A DNA stretch of 32,520 bases from Candidatus Thorarchaeota archaeon (lineage in GTDB: Archaea; Asgardarchaeota; Thorarchaeia; Thorarchaeales; Thorarchaeaceae). A program made the position numbers and the translations under genes. Below, piece by piece: positions 23,780 to 32,520 of the stretch. How positions within the stretch are numbered: position 1 is the stretch's first letter; every line of letters begins with the position of its first letter. Location: contig JAEOUG010000008.1 of the NCBI GenBank assembly GCA_016839445.1, positions 1-32,520 of the forward strand. Direction: 5' to 3'. The notes under the pieces were generated by a model that saw only the letters and a list, made by a program, of their open reading frames with translations, was not told the origin of the DNA and searched no databases.

Positions 23780-26700
23780 ATGGCGGAGACCGAGCAAGAC
23801 TTCTTCAGACTAATCGACCAGGCCTCTCTCAAGATCATGACGGTGGGTCGTGATTTCAGGATACGCTATGCAAATCAGGCCTTCACGAAGGGGGACCTGA
23901 GTAGCCTCAGGGGTCGGTCCGCTCTTGATTTCGTGTCTTCTTCGTACAGAGAGGGTTTGTCTGATTCTCTCGAGACTGTGTTCAGAGACGGCCTGCCGAG
24001 AGCCTTCGAAGTCTCGGAAGAGCGGAAGGATGGAAACCTGTCATGGCACAGGCTGCAGCTCAGTCCAATCAAGGAAGACGCATCCGTGATGGCCGTGATG
24101 ATAACCTCGTCAAGCATAACAGATAGAGTTCAGGCTGAAAACGCGCTACGTGAGGAGAAGTCGAGGTACAGAGCCATTGCAGACCAGTCGCATCTTGGGA
24201 TTGCCATCTTTCCACAGGGCTCTGTTACTGTCTCCTTCCTGAATGAACGGTTGGCCGACATGCTGGGATACTCTCCCGAGGATATCCTCGCAATGGACGC
24301 TGAGCAGGTCACTCGACTTGCTCACGATGATGACAGAGAAGAGGCGCTTCAGTTCCTCAAGGCGGCCTTTGATGGCGAGAAGAAAGCTGCTACGCAGGAG
24401 ATCCGCATGGTCAAGAGGGATGGGAGCGAGATATGGGTCGAGCTCAATGCAGGGCGCATCATCTACCAGAGCGAACCTGCTGTCCAAGTTTCATTGGTGG
24501 ATATCACCAAGCGAAGGAAATCGCAGGAAGACCTTGTTGAGAGTGAGAGAAGGTTCCGCATGCTCCTGCAATCGATGATGGATCTGGTGATAGTCCACGA
24601 CGAGGATGACCGCTACGAGGACGTGTTCACAGGAAACCAAGCTATTCTCTTCACACAGCCTGAGAATTACTTGGGCCGCCACATATCAGAAGTGCTTCCT
24701 GAGAGCATCTCCTCAGAGTATCTAGAGAAGGTTCAGCGGGCACGGGAATCAGGACTTAGCGAGTCACTCGATTACAGCCTTGAAGTCGGTAATCGCAGGA
24801 GATGGTTTTCAGCAAACATCTCGACGCTTGAGGATGCGAAGAGAGTTGTCGTTGTCGTCCGTGATGTCACTGACAGACACTTGGCCAACGAAGCGCTCGC
24901 GCGAGAACGCAGTGTGTTCAAGAACATAGCCGAGGCGGCACTTCGGGCAAAGGATGCTACCGAGCTTGGCCAGATCATCCTCGAAGGTCTTATGGAACCA
25001 CTGGGATTCGAATTCGGGATCTTCAGGCTTTACGACGAGAAAGAGAACATACTACAGCCCAGCGCAATGGCCGGTAACACTGCAGGACTTGTTCTAGAGG
25101 ACCTGCCTCTGACTGAAGAGCTTGCTCGGCAGTATCTGATGGTGAAGACGGCCCTTGAGAAGAGACCCCATCTAGTCTCTGAAGTGCCAGAGGATCCCGA
25201 CGGGCCATCATATCTTCAGCGACTGAGGGAACTCGACGCGAAGGCTGCAGTGTCACTCCCCATCTTGGATGAAGAGGACAATCTGGTAGGCGTGGCCAGC
25301 TTCGCGACGAGGGAGCCCCGAGAATACACAGATGACGACAGAGACCTCTTCTCAACGATCTCTAACATGCTCGCGACAGTTATTGAGAGAAAGCTGGCAG
25401 AAGCGGCTCTTCTGATGAGCGAACGCAGATACCGAGAACTGCTGACGGACATGTCCGAGGGGATTGGGATTGCAGATCTAGACGAGAGAATCGTCTTCGC
25501 GAACCAGGCACTTGCAGACATGTTGGGCTTCGAGTCACCAGAGAGCCTGGTGGGTGCTAGCCTGTTTGACCTGGTCCACCCCGACGAACTCGAGGGTCTC
25601 CTCCAACAGACACAGGTCCGTCGACAGGGTGTTTCTTCAAGGTACACGATAAGAATGATTGCGAGAGATGGGCAGACGCGAAACATCAGGACGTCTGCAG
25701 TCCCTTCCAGAAATGACGCAGGCGAGATTGATGGCACCGTAGCAATGCTGACAGATGTGACCGAGCAGCTGCGCGCAGAAGAGGCACTGAGGGAGTCCGA
25801 AGTTCGTTTCCGGAGCGTGTTTGAGTCGACACCAGTAGCCATGCATCTGCTGGAGCTCACTGATGAGGGCAAGCTGATGCTGGTGGATGCAAACCCTGCA
25901 GCAGACAAGCTCATGCGGTCAGAGCATGCCGGAATGATTGGCAGGACAGTCGACAGCATCGACTGGCCATCCGCCGCAGTTCTGACGAAGGAGAGGGTGC
26001 TGCAGAAGTATGGAGAAACCATGCAGGAAGGCAAGACATGGTTTGCGGAAGAGCACCTTCGAAAGGCGAACGGAGAGATTGGCGTGGCTCTCCAAGTTCA
26101 CTCCTACAGGACCTCCGCCAGGACAATGGTGGCATCTTTCCTTGACGTAACCGAGCGTGCAAGAGCCGAGGATGAAGTACGGAAGCTGAACGCGGAACTC
26201 TCGCAGAGAGTAGAGGAGCGGACTGCAGAATTGGCCGCGGCAAACAAGGAACTGGAGTCATTCGCGTACACAGTTTCCCACGACCTACGAGCCCCTCTCA
26301 GGACGATGAATGGGTTCAGTAAGGCCCTGATTGAGGACTACTCTGAGCGGCTCGACGAGACAGGTCTGGATTACCTACGAAGAATCCGGGCCGCAGCGAC
26401 ACACATGGGATCCCTGATCGAAGACATTCTTGGTCTCTCACGGGTCACAAGAGCCGATATGGACAGGAGTCCAGTTGATTTGACGCTTCTTGCACAGGAA
26501 GTCCTCACTGACTTGACTTCAAGTGCGCCTGAAAGAAGTGTGCAGATCTCCATGTCTGATGCCCTTCCGGCATATTGCGACCGTCGTCTCATGAAGCTGG
26601 CCTTGCAGAACTTGCTAGACAATGCATGGAAATTCACGAGGAATACACAAGATCCACGGATTGAGGTCGGCTCCATGAACCAAGACGGTGAGGTCGTCTT

Positions 26701-26914
26701 CTACGTACGGGACAATGGCGCCGGATTCGACTCAAGATATCAGGAAAAACTGTTTAAGCCGTTTCAGCGGTTGCATTCGTCTGAAGAGTTCGAGGGCTCA
26801 GGCATAGGCTTAGCCACTGTTCAGCGCATTATCAGCAGGCACGGAGGTAGACTCTGGGCGGAAAGCAAGATCAACGAAGGCTCCACCTTCTACTTCACAT
26901 TGGCAGGAGAGTGA
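23780..26914 (+). CDS. Cytoplasmic multi-PAS/GAF sensor histidine kinase (PAS x3 - GAF - PAS x2 - HisKA - HATPase)
   Basis: PAS ends 'SITDR', 'DITKRR', 'DVTDR', 'DVTEQ' and 'DVTER'. H-box 'ELESFAYTVSHDLRAPLR', N-box 'NLLDNAWKF', G1 'DNGAGF', F 'LFKPFQRLH' and G2 'GSGIGLA'. No TM segment. A TATA-like TTTATA is at 23728-23733. Confidence 0.95.
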   Translation: MAETEQDFFRLIDQASLKIMTVGRDFRIRYANQAFTKGDLSSLRGRSALDFVSSSYREGLSDSLETVFRDGLPRAFEVSEERKDGNLSWHRLQLSPIKEDASVMAVMITSSSITDRVQAENALREEKSRYRAIADQSHLGIAIFPQGSVTVSFLNERLADMLGYSPEDILAMDAEQVTRLAHDDDREEALQFLKAAFDGEKKAATQEIRMVKRDGSEIWVELNAGRIIYQSEPAVQVSLVDITKRRKSQEDLVESERRFRMLLQSMMDLVIVHDEDDRYEDVFTGNQAILFTQPENYLGRHISEVLPESISSEYLEKVQRARESGLSESLDYSLEVGNRRRWFSANISTLEDAKRVVVVVRDVTDRHLANEALARERSVFKNIAEAALRAKDATELGQIILEGLMEPLGFEFGIFRLYDEKENILQPSAMAGNTAGLVLEDLPLTEELARQYLMVKTALEKRPHLVSEVPEDPDGPSYLQRLRELDAKAAVSLPILDEEDNLVGVASFATREPREYTDDDRDLFSTISNMLATVIERKLAEAALLMSERRYRELLTDMSEGIGIADLDERIVFANQALADMLGFESPESLVGASLFDLVHPDELEGLLQQTQVRRQGVSSRYTIRMIARDGQTRNIRTSAVPSRNDAGEIDGTVAMLTDVTEQLRAEEALRESEVRFRSVFESTPVAMHLLELTDEGKLMLVDANPAADKLMRSEHAGMIGRTVDSIDWPSAAVLTKERVLQKYGETMQEGKTWFAEEHLRKANGEIGVALQVHSYRTSARTMVASFLDVTERARAEDEVRKLNAELSQRVEERTAELAAANKELESFAYTVSHDLRAPLRTMNGFSKALIEDYSERLDETGLDYLRRIRAAATHMGSLIEDILGLSRVTRADMDRSPVDLTLLAQEVLTDLTSSAPERSVQISMSDALPAYCDRRLMKLALQNLLDNAWKFTRNTQDPRIEVGSMNQDGEVVFYVRDNGAGFDSRYQEKLFKPFQRLHSSEEFEGSGIGLATVQRIISRHGGRLWAESKINEGSTFYFTLAGE

Positions 26915-27369
26915 ATCCATTGTCATCAAAGAAGATTCTCCTAATCGAAGACAACACGGACGACGTACTGCTTACCCTAAGGGCACTACAACGCGCTAAC
27001 ATACTGAATGAAGTTGTGGTGGCTCGCGATGGCGTTGAGGGGTTGGATTACCTCCTATGCAAAGGGCAGTATTCGGGAAGGAACACTGATGACACGCCAG
27101 TAGTCGTACTTCTAGACCTCAAGATGCCTAGGATGGGAGGCCTCGAATTCCTCCAGAACGTCCGAGCTGAAGACTCGCTCAGGTTCCTACCTGTTGTCAT
27201 TCTCACATCGTCGAAAGAGGACAAAGACATCTGTGAGAGCTACAACCTTGGAGCAAACAGCTACATACAGAAACCAGTTGATTTCGATCAATTCGTCCAA
27301 GCCATTCGCACACTTGGCCTGTATTGGCTTGTCCTGAATGTGAGTCCGAGAGGGGAGTGTGAGAGTTGA
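26911..27369 (+). CDS. Single-domain response regulator (Rcp1-like)
   Basis: Contains 'LLIEDNTDD', the phospho-Asp 'LLDLKMP', 'LTSS', 'GANSYIQKP' and 'LYWL'. It overlaps the kinase stop by GTGA. Confidence 0.95.
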   Translation: MNPLSSKKILLIEDNTDDVLLTLRALQRANILNEVVVARDGVEGLDYLLCKGQYSGRNTDDTPVVVLLDLKMPRMGGLEFLQNVRAEDSLRFLPVVILTSSKEDKDICESYNLGANSYIQKPVDFDQFVQAIRTLGLYWLVLNVSPRGECES

Positions 27370-28838
27370 GCGCTAACCTGAGAGTACTGATGGTCGAAGA
27401 CTCAGAAGACGACGCAATCATAGTTGAGCGCGTGCTACGAAAGGGAGGTCTCTCTGTTTCTGCAACTCGGGTCAGTTGTGCAGAAGAGATGGATCGTGCC
27501 CTCGACGAGGGTCCCTGGGATGTCATCCTCTGCGACTATCTGATGCCAAGTTTCACAGTCAATGATGCTCTGGCACTCGTCAGAGGAAGGAGACTGGACA
27601 CTCCGTTCATCATAGTTTCCGGTGCAATCTCTGATGAGATTGCGGTACAGATGATGAAGGCCGGTGCGCACGACTATCTCAACAAGGACAATCTGGCGAG
27701 ACTTGTGCCCGCCGTTGAGCGTGAGATTGTTGAGGCTGGAGAACGTCGTCAGCGGAGAGAGGCTGAGCTGGCTCTCGTGGAGTCAGAGCAACGTCACAGG
27801 ACGCTGGTCGAGTCTCTTACTGATACTATCCTGGTCCTCAACACTCAGTGCCAGATTACCGAGCATTACGGCCCCAGAGTCAGTTCACACAGTTCCTCTG
27901 AGAGTCTTGTGGAGCGACATCTCTCAGAGGTGCTGCCAACCAGCGTGGTCGATAAGATTTCCAGGTTGTTCGACGAAGTCCTCTCTGTTGAGAAGGGACT
28001 TGCCTTCCAGTTTCCGCACGATCGAGACGGAGTGCAGGTATGGTCATCAGTGCGGCTGAATCCTCACGAGGATGGAAAGAGAGTTGTGGTTGTGATAGGC
28101 GATGTCACAGAGATCAAGCGTGCCGAGGAGGATGCCAGAGCCGCCCATGGGGTTGCGCTTCTTTACCAAGACATCACCGGGCATGACATTCGCAATGCCA
28201 TGCAAGCCATCCTGATAGCGACGGACCTCTTGGCAACTGACGATCTGGATCCCTCAAAACAGAACCTCCTTGATCATATCTATGATGCAGTTGTCGAGTG
28301 TAGCGACCTGATTGCCACGGTACAGGGTACCGCCAACCTCCTTTCTACCCCACTGGAGAAGACCTCACTGAGTTTCACTCTCAGGAGTTGCCTGGAGCTG
28401 TTCTCTGAGGATCAGAAGGATGTGAGGATTGAGAGAAGAGTGTCGGCGAAGGATGCCATTGTCCACGCTGATAGATTCCTTAGTAACCTCATTCTCAATC
28501 TGCTCTCTAATGCGGTGAGACACAACAGCAGCGATGAGAAGATGGTGTGGGTTGATCTCTCTGAAGACCAGGAGGGCTACATCATCTCCGTTTCAGACAA
28601 TGGTTCTGGAATCCCTGATGATATGAAGAAGAATCTCTTGAATCCAAACCGACGCTCTGGGGGCGTTGGCATTCACCAGTGCGTTCAGATTGCCTCCAAG
28701 TACGGAGGGCGGCTTGCCATTGTTGACCGCGTCGAGGGGAAGCCGGATATGGGCGCTAGGGTCGACGTCTGGCTGCCGAAGATCGAATACACTCAGGCGA
28801 GGAGTGCTAACTCCACTTACGCCAAACAAGAACTGTGA
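27366..28838 (+). CDS. Hybrid REC-PAS-histidine kinase
   Basis: REC 'VEDSEDD...LCDYLMP...VSG...GAHDYLNK', a PAS ending 'DVTE', H-box 'GHDIRN', N-box 'NLLSNAVRH', G1 'DNGSGIP' and G2 'GGVGI'. It overlaps the RR stop by TTGA. Confidence 0.92.
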   Translation: MSANLRVLMVEDSEDDAIIVERVLRKGGLSVSATRVSCAEEMDRALDEGPWDVILCDYLMPSFTVNDALALVRGRRLDTPFIIVSGAISDEIAVQMMKAGAHDYLNKDNLARLVPAVEREIVEAGERRQRREAELALVESEQRHRTLVESLTDTILVLNTQCQITEHYGPRVSSHSSSESLVERHLSEVLPTSVVDKISRLFDEVLSVEKGLAFQFPHDRDGVQVWSSVRLNPHEDGKRVVVVIGDVTEIKRAEEDARAAHGVALLYQDITGHDIRNAMQAILIATDLLATDDLDPSKQNLLDHIYDAVVECSDLIATVQGTANLLSTPLEKTSLSFTLRSCLELFSEDQKDVRIERRVSAKDAIVHADRFLSNLILNLLSNAVRHNSSDEKMVWVDLSEDQEGYIISVSDNGSGIPDDMKKNLLNPNRRSGGVGIHQCVQIASKYGGRLAIVDRVEGKPDMGARVDVWLPKIEYTQARSANSTYAKQEL

Positions 28839-30768
28839 CCAGGGCCACAAGTGAAACTGAAGTGGCCGTCAAGGCGAGAAGTTGAAGCTCGTTTCCCTGT
28901 CCAGAAGATCCCATGGGGCTGTTGGGGTCTGTGCCTGCAAGATACTCGTCGAGATTGCTTACGCCGTCCCCGTCTAGGTCCTCTGCGGAATCGTCAACCG
29001 TGGGGTCGAGACCATTGTCTATCTCAAACCTGTCCGGCATCAGGTCCTGATCTGTATCTTGTGAGAGGGGATTCGTATGGTACACCTCAACCTCGAGTCC
29101 GTCAATTACAGAATCTTGGTCAGTGTCATTGCATCGGGGATGTGTTCCCTCCCTGAACTCCTCGATATTGGTGAGCCTGTCGGAGTCGGGATCGAGGAGC
29201 ATATCATCCCTGTCCATCGGGTCCAGTTCATACTGGATCTCCCATGAATCAGGGAGATTGTCTCGATCGGAATCCGCAGAAAAGGGGTAGGTCCCATAGA
29301 CATAGATTTCGCTGTAGTCGTCCACTGAGTCAAAATCCGAGTCATTGTTGAACCGGTTGGTGTTCAGAGACATCTCGATTGCATCGGGAAGAAGGTCCAG
29401 GTCCGAGTCCGCATGAAACCGATTGTACCAGTCCTGCGCCGAATCTGGAACAGAGTCACCTTCAAGATCCGTGTCGTAGCCAAGCACAATCTCGACCTCG
29501 ACTGCGACACCCCCGTTGTTGGTGACAGTGACCTCATGTTGGCCAAGCCTCTCGGTGTGAACCTCAAGCACTTCCAGATCCGTCATGCTGGTCAATCCGG
29601 GTTCTGACGAGCCTAGGCGCGAGTGTAGACTGTCAAAAATCTCAAACTCGAGGTGACCTCCATCATCTGTTGTGGCCATGAGTGAGATGTTGGCCCGGAG
29701 GGTCATGGGAAAGAGCCTTGTCTGTGTACTGTGGGGACCGATGATGAGGGAGTATCTATCGAGTCTCGGCTGTCCCAGTGTTCGCCCCTGTGCGTATGCA
29801 ATCGCTGCCCCGATACTCGCCACTACGGAAGCGGCAAGGGAGTAATCATACAGGGGATTGTCCCAGGTGTCATCAGGCGTGTGGTATGCCGAGTCGCTGA
29901 TTGCGCTCTCGAAGGCGAAGATGACTCCCTTGTATCCTTCTGTCCAGAACGCATAATGATCGGAGTGCTTCCAGACCTCCCGCGCCGTGTGAGGAACTGG
30001 TCTGATCACCGGACTATCGTAGTTGCTACCCATGGCACGTGTCAGGTCTGCCCAATACTGGGCGTCGCTGTAGATTGTGAAGACGGATGATTGCAGCGGC
30101 GTCACATAGTCTGTGCTGTAGAAGAAGATAACACGTTCATCTAGCGGGGCGTCGTAATCCTGTACGAGAAGCATGTCGATGTTGAAGTACATGGCAATGT
30201 CTATCTCTTCCTCGAAGAAGATGGGGGCGCACTCCCTGCTTCCTAGCAGGCCGTACTCTTCTGCGTTCCAGAAGACGAAGTAGATGTCCGTAGTCCAATT
30301 GTACTGACACAGAACCCGTGCTAGCTCTAGGGCGGCTGCCACTCCTGAACCATCGTCATTAGCTCCAGGAGCTCCCGGTACGGTGTCATAGTGTCCCCCC
30401 ACCATGAAACTCGGAGCGTCAGGACCTGCACTGCCGGGGAGTTTGGCGATAATGCTCTCCCAGTAGCCCCAGACCTCAATCTCTAGTCTGCTCTCTGAGA
30501 GGTTCTCCAGTTTCGATATGATCCAATCGCGAACTACAACGTTGGTCTCATCGTGAATAGACCGAGGGCCCATCTCGGAGAGGTTCCTCACGAAGCCGAA
30601 GTAGCTCTCCATAGAGACCTCTCTATAGACTGCTTCTGCAAGGTCTGTGCCGTATACCTGCTCGTCCCAATCGCCACTTACCAAGGATTGCCTCTCAGTG
30701 TAGACTACGGTCTGAGGTAGGACGAGAATGAACATGAACGCGAGGACTAGAGACCGATGCATCAACAC
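28807..30768 (-). CDS. Secreted M28-family metallopeptidase with Asp-rich Ca-binding (TSP3-like) repeats and C-terminal TM anchor
   Basis: Signal peptide, then 'GGHYDT', 'GANDDGSG', 'AEEYGLLGS', 'NIDM', 'SDH' and 'YHTPDD'. About 8 DxDxD.xxD repeats follow, then a TM and WRKWS. Confidence 0.92.
   Translation of the reverse strand: MLMHRSLVLAFMFILVLPQTVVYTERQSLVSGDWDEQVYGTDLAEAVYREVSMESYFGFVRNLSEMGPRSIHDETNVVVRDWIISKLENLSESRLEIEVWGYWESIIAKLPGSAGPDAPSFMVGGHYDTVPGAPGANDDGSGVAAALELARVLCQYNWTTDIYFVFWNAEEYGLLGSRECAPIFFEEEIDIAMYFNIDMLLVQDYDAPLDERVIFFYSTDYVTPLQSSVFTIYSDAQYWADLTRAMGSNYDSPVIRPVPHTAREVWKHSDHYAFWTEGYKGVIFAFESAISDSAYHTPDDTWDNPLYDYSLAASVVASIGAAIAYAQGRTLGQPRLDRYSLIIGPHSTQTRLFPMTLRANISLMATTDDGGHLEFEIFDSLHSRLGSSEPGLTSMTDLEVLEVHTERLGQHEVTVTNNGGVAVEVEIVLGYDTDLEGDSVPDSAQDWYNRFHADSDLDLLPDAIEMSLNTNRFNNDSDFDSVDDYSEIYVYGTYPFSADSDRDNLPDSWEIQYELDPMDRDDMLLDPDSDRLTNIEEFREGTHPRCNDTDQDSVIDGLEVEVYHTNPLSQDTDQDLMPDRFEIDNGLDPTVDDSAEDLDGDGVSNLDEYLAGTDPNSPMGSSGQGNELQLLALTATSVSLVALVTVLVWRKWS
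28925..29475 (-). repeat. Protein-level tandem DxDxDxxxD/N-E repeats (about 8 copies, 19-24 aa)
   Basis: DTDLEGDSVPD, DSDLDLLPD, DSDFDSVDD, DSDRDNLPD, DPDSDRLTN, DTDQDSVID, DTDQDLMPD, DLDGDGVSN. Confidence 0.85.
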
Positions 30769-30812
30769 ATCAGTACATTGTGCGAATAAAGCAGTTCGCT
30801 TCTGCGTGTCTG

Positions 30813-31601
30813 CTAGGGCAATCGCTTCTTAGGTCTGGGAAGTGGGTCTCGCTTGTGCTGAGAAATCTCCATCATATGGAGAACCTTGTCCACCTTATCC
30901 TGGTCTAGGCCCCAGGCAATGGTCTCTTCGCGCGAGAATCCCTTGTCCAACATCAGATACAGGATCCGGTCCACATCATCATACTTGATTCCCATCTCGC
31001 CTTCATCTGTCTGGCCCTTCCAAAGTCCAGCTGAGGGGGCCTTGTTCACAATCTTCTCTGGAACCCCTACGTGCCGGGAGAGCTGCCTGACGTTCACTTT
31101 GTATAGATTGGCCAAAGGGAGCATGTCAACTCCGCCATCACCGTATTTGGTGAAGTATCCCATGAACAGCTCGGACTTGTTGCCAGTGCCTATCACGAGC
31201 CTCTTCTTCTGGTTTGCACGAATGTACCACACCGCCATCCTCATTCTTGCAGCGAGGTTCCCTCTCGACAGCTGGTCGAGACCCAATTTCTCATACTGCT
31301 CCAGAACTGGACCCAGCTCAAAGAGCTCGTGTTCGATCCCAAGATTCTCCGCAAGTGCAACCGCATCTGCGAGATTCTCGCTGTCGGCCTCGGCGCTGAC
31401 AGGAAGCATTGTTGCCAGAACCCTCTCTGGGCCAAGCGCCTCCACAGCCAACGAGGCCACTAGAGCTGAGTCTATGCCTCCGCTCAGACCCATGACTATT
31501 CCGTTCAATTTCGACGTTTCCAGATAGGAACGAATGAAGTCCACGACGATGTTCTTCGCTCCATCCACGTCTTCAATCCTGAGTCCTTCCGGCCAGTCCA
31601 T
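30813..31601 (-). CDS. nadE: NH3-dependent NAD+ synthetase
   Basis: Contains 'GLSGGIDS', 'GNLAARMRM', 'GTGNKSE..GYFTKYGDG' and 'KAPSAGLWKGQTDE'. There is no glutaminase domain. Confidence 0.97.
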   Translation of the reverse strand: MDWPEGLRIEDVDGAKNIVVDFIRSYLETSKLNGIVMGLSGGIDSALVASLAVEALGPERVLATMLPVSAEADSENLADAVALAENLGIEHELFELGPVLEQYEKLGLDQLSRGNLAARMRMAVWYIRANQKKRLVIGTGNKSELFMGYFTKYGDGGVDMLPLANLYKVNVRQLSRHVGVPEKIVNKAPSAGLWKGQTDEGEMGIKYDDVDRILYLMLDKGFSREETIAWGLDQDKVDKVLHMMEISQHKRDPLPRPKKRLP

Positions 31602-31655
31602 CCATAAGCACCGGTCTTGGAAGGTCTTGATTTCTTTTGAGCCTTGCCGATGAGG

Positions 31656-32330
31656 TCAGAGAAGCACTTCCACAATGAGGTAGAACAGCGAAGCATTCCC
31701 GATGTAGATTACCATTACACGGAGAGCCGCCAGGAGCTTCGTTGGAAGGCCGCTCGACTTGCTCTCCTCACATGCGCTGAGTGCTGTGAGTCCGAGTATC
31801 ACTTCGGGCACGAGTATGTAGAGAGCGACATTGGCCACGACAACCTGTGCCAAGGTCTCCCATGAACCAAGCATCCACATCGTGGCCTCTGCCAATCCAA
31901 AAACCGCAAGTGATAGGATTGCTACGACGAAGTACCCCGCGGTCTCGCCTCTCGTCTCTCTAGCGCGGCTGCCCGTGTAGACGATCACAAACAGAGGGAT
32001 TGCCCAGAGTCCTCCCATGTAGAGGGGGACGGCACCTACCATTGGGGGGCTCTTGTCAATGAAGTTCAGTACACCCAATCCCTCGGCGAGGAACCAGTCT
32101 GGGAAAATCTGCAGGACGCTGAGCATAGCAACGAAGATCCAGATCTCAAGCCACTCCTCATGATTACGTAACTTGGCAATCATTGGGATGAGCACATTGT
32201 AGAAGACAACAGCCACCAGAAGTAGCACGTTGATCGACAGTCCGAGAGGCAGCAAGAGCAGCGCCGCTGTGACTACAGCGAAGATGATGTGTACTCCCAG
32301 AAGGTCAAGGATTGACTTGTCTATTGCCAT
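31656..32330 (-). CDS. Hypothetical ~7-TM membrane protein (DUF6989-like)
   Basis: 224 hydrophobic aa with 'QIFPDWFL', 'VPLYMGGLWAIP' and 'LYILVPE'. A TATA-like GTTTATG on the minus strand near 32367-32373 lies about 37 nt upstream. Confidence 0.6.
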   Translation of the reverse strand: MAIDKSILDLLGVHIIFAVVTAALLLLPLGLSINVLLLVAVVFYNVLIPMIAKLRNHEEWLEIWIFVAMLSVLQIFPDWFLAEGLGVLNFIDKSPPMVGAVPLYMGGLWAIPLFVIVYTGSRARETRGETAGYFVVAILSLAVFGLAEATMWMLGSWETLAQVVVANVALYILVPEVILGLTALSACEESKSSGLPTKLLAALRVMVIYIGNASLFYLIVEVLL

Positions 32331-32462
32331 GAAACATGACCGAAGACACTCGTCACCAATGAACTACATAAACTGTTGGGGGAGGCCGACAAGATAATGG
32401 GTTGGTGATCAGAGCCAGTGAGGCTTTCGGTAGGAGGGGGGAGTTGTAATGAGGGCATGTAT

Positions 32463-32484
32463 AGTAACATTGGGGCATGTTACT
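32463..32484. promoter_or_regulatory. Perfect 8-6-8 inverted repeat
   Basis: AGTAACAT-TGGGGC-ATGTTACT in the non-coding region at the window end. Confidence 0.45.
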
Positions 32485-32520
32485 TATCTACAGAAAATGC
32501 GCCCCGCTAGCCACCTGACC

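Noticed and set aside
23780-26200. Phytochrome or LOV photosensor
   Set aside because: There is no PAS-GAF-PHY arrangement, no DIP or GxNCRFLQ motif, and no Cys in the sensor region.
28925-29475. CRISPR array or DNA tandem repeat
   Set aside because: The repetition is at the protein level only, and the nucleotide copies are diverged and in frame.
30813-31601. Functional link between nadE and heliorhodopsin
   Set aside because: They are 15 kb apart on opposite strands, and nadE is a housekeeping gene.
1-32520. tRNA, rRNA, transposase, integrase or defence genes
   Set aside because: I recognised no cloverleaf/T-loop signature, rRNA-like tract or relevant protein motif by eye. tRNAscan-SE, Infernal and DefenseFinder would be needed to exclude them formally.

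Overview
Gene-dense window of roughly 50-55% GC (estimated by eye) that looks archaeal. Genes are mostly leaderless or short-leader with BRE/TATA-like boxes about 25-40 nt upstream, and GTG/TTG starts are frequent. The gene content best fits an Asgard archaeon, probably Thorarchaeia (inference): a degenerate Rab/Ras-like GTPase fold, a heliorhodopsin, many C-terminally anchored surface proteins and PAS-rich histidine kinases. About 32 CDS are present. They include a GNAT, two tandem MDR oxidoreductases, two DUF4386 proteins, an ICMT-family methyltransferase, a DUF6144-like protein, a HEAT protein, an acyltransferase-3, an M20 amidohydrolase, an SDR, an LLM oxidoreductase, two small Cys-rich zinc-finger proteins and a BtrH_N/DUF4872 protein. 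Further along are a heliorhodopsin, a CDF metal transporter, a 763-aa orphan membrane protein, two MBL hydrolases, a pseudo-GTPase, a duplicated-domain surface protein, a three-gene two-component operon, an M28 peptidase with Ca-binding repeats and nadE. I saw no rRNA, tRNA, CRISPR array or mobile element. The most notable items are (i) a heliorhodopsin-CDF locus with an inverted repeat over the rhodopsin promoter and a 15-bp hairpin between the genes, (ii) a small GTPase-fold protein with degenerate G-motifs coupled to a surface protein, and (iii) a stand-alone FYVE-spaced 8-Cys finger. All family calls come from motif recognition by eye, with no database search.
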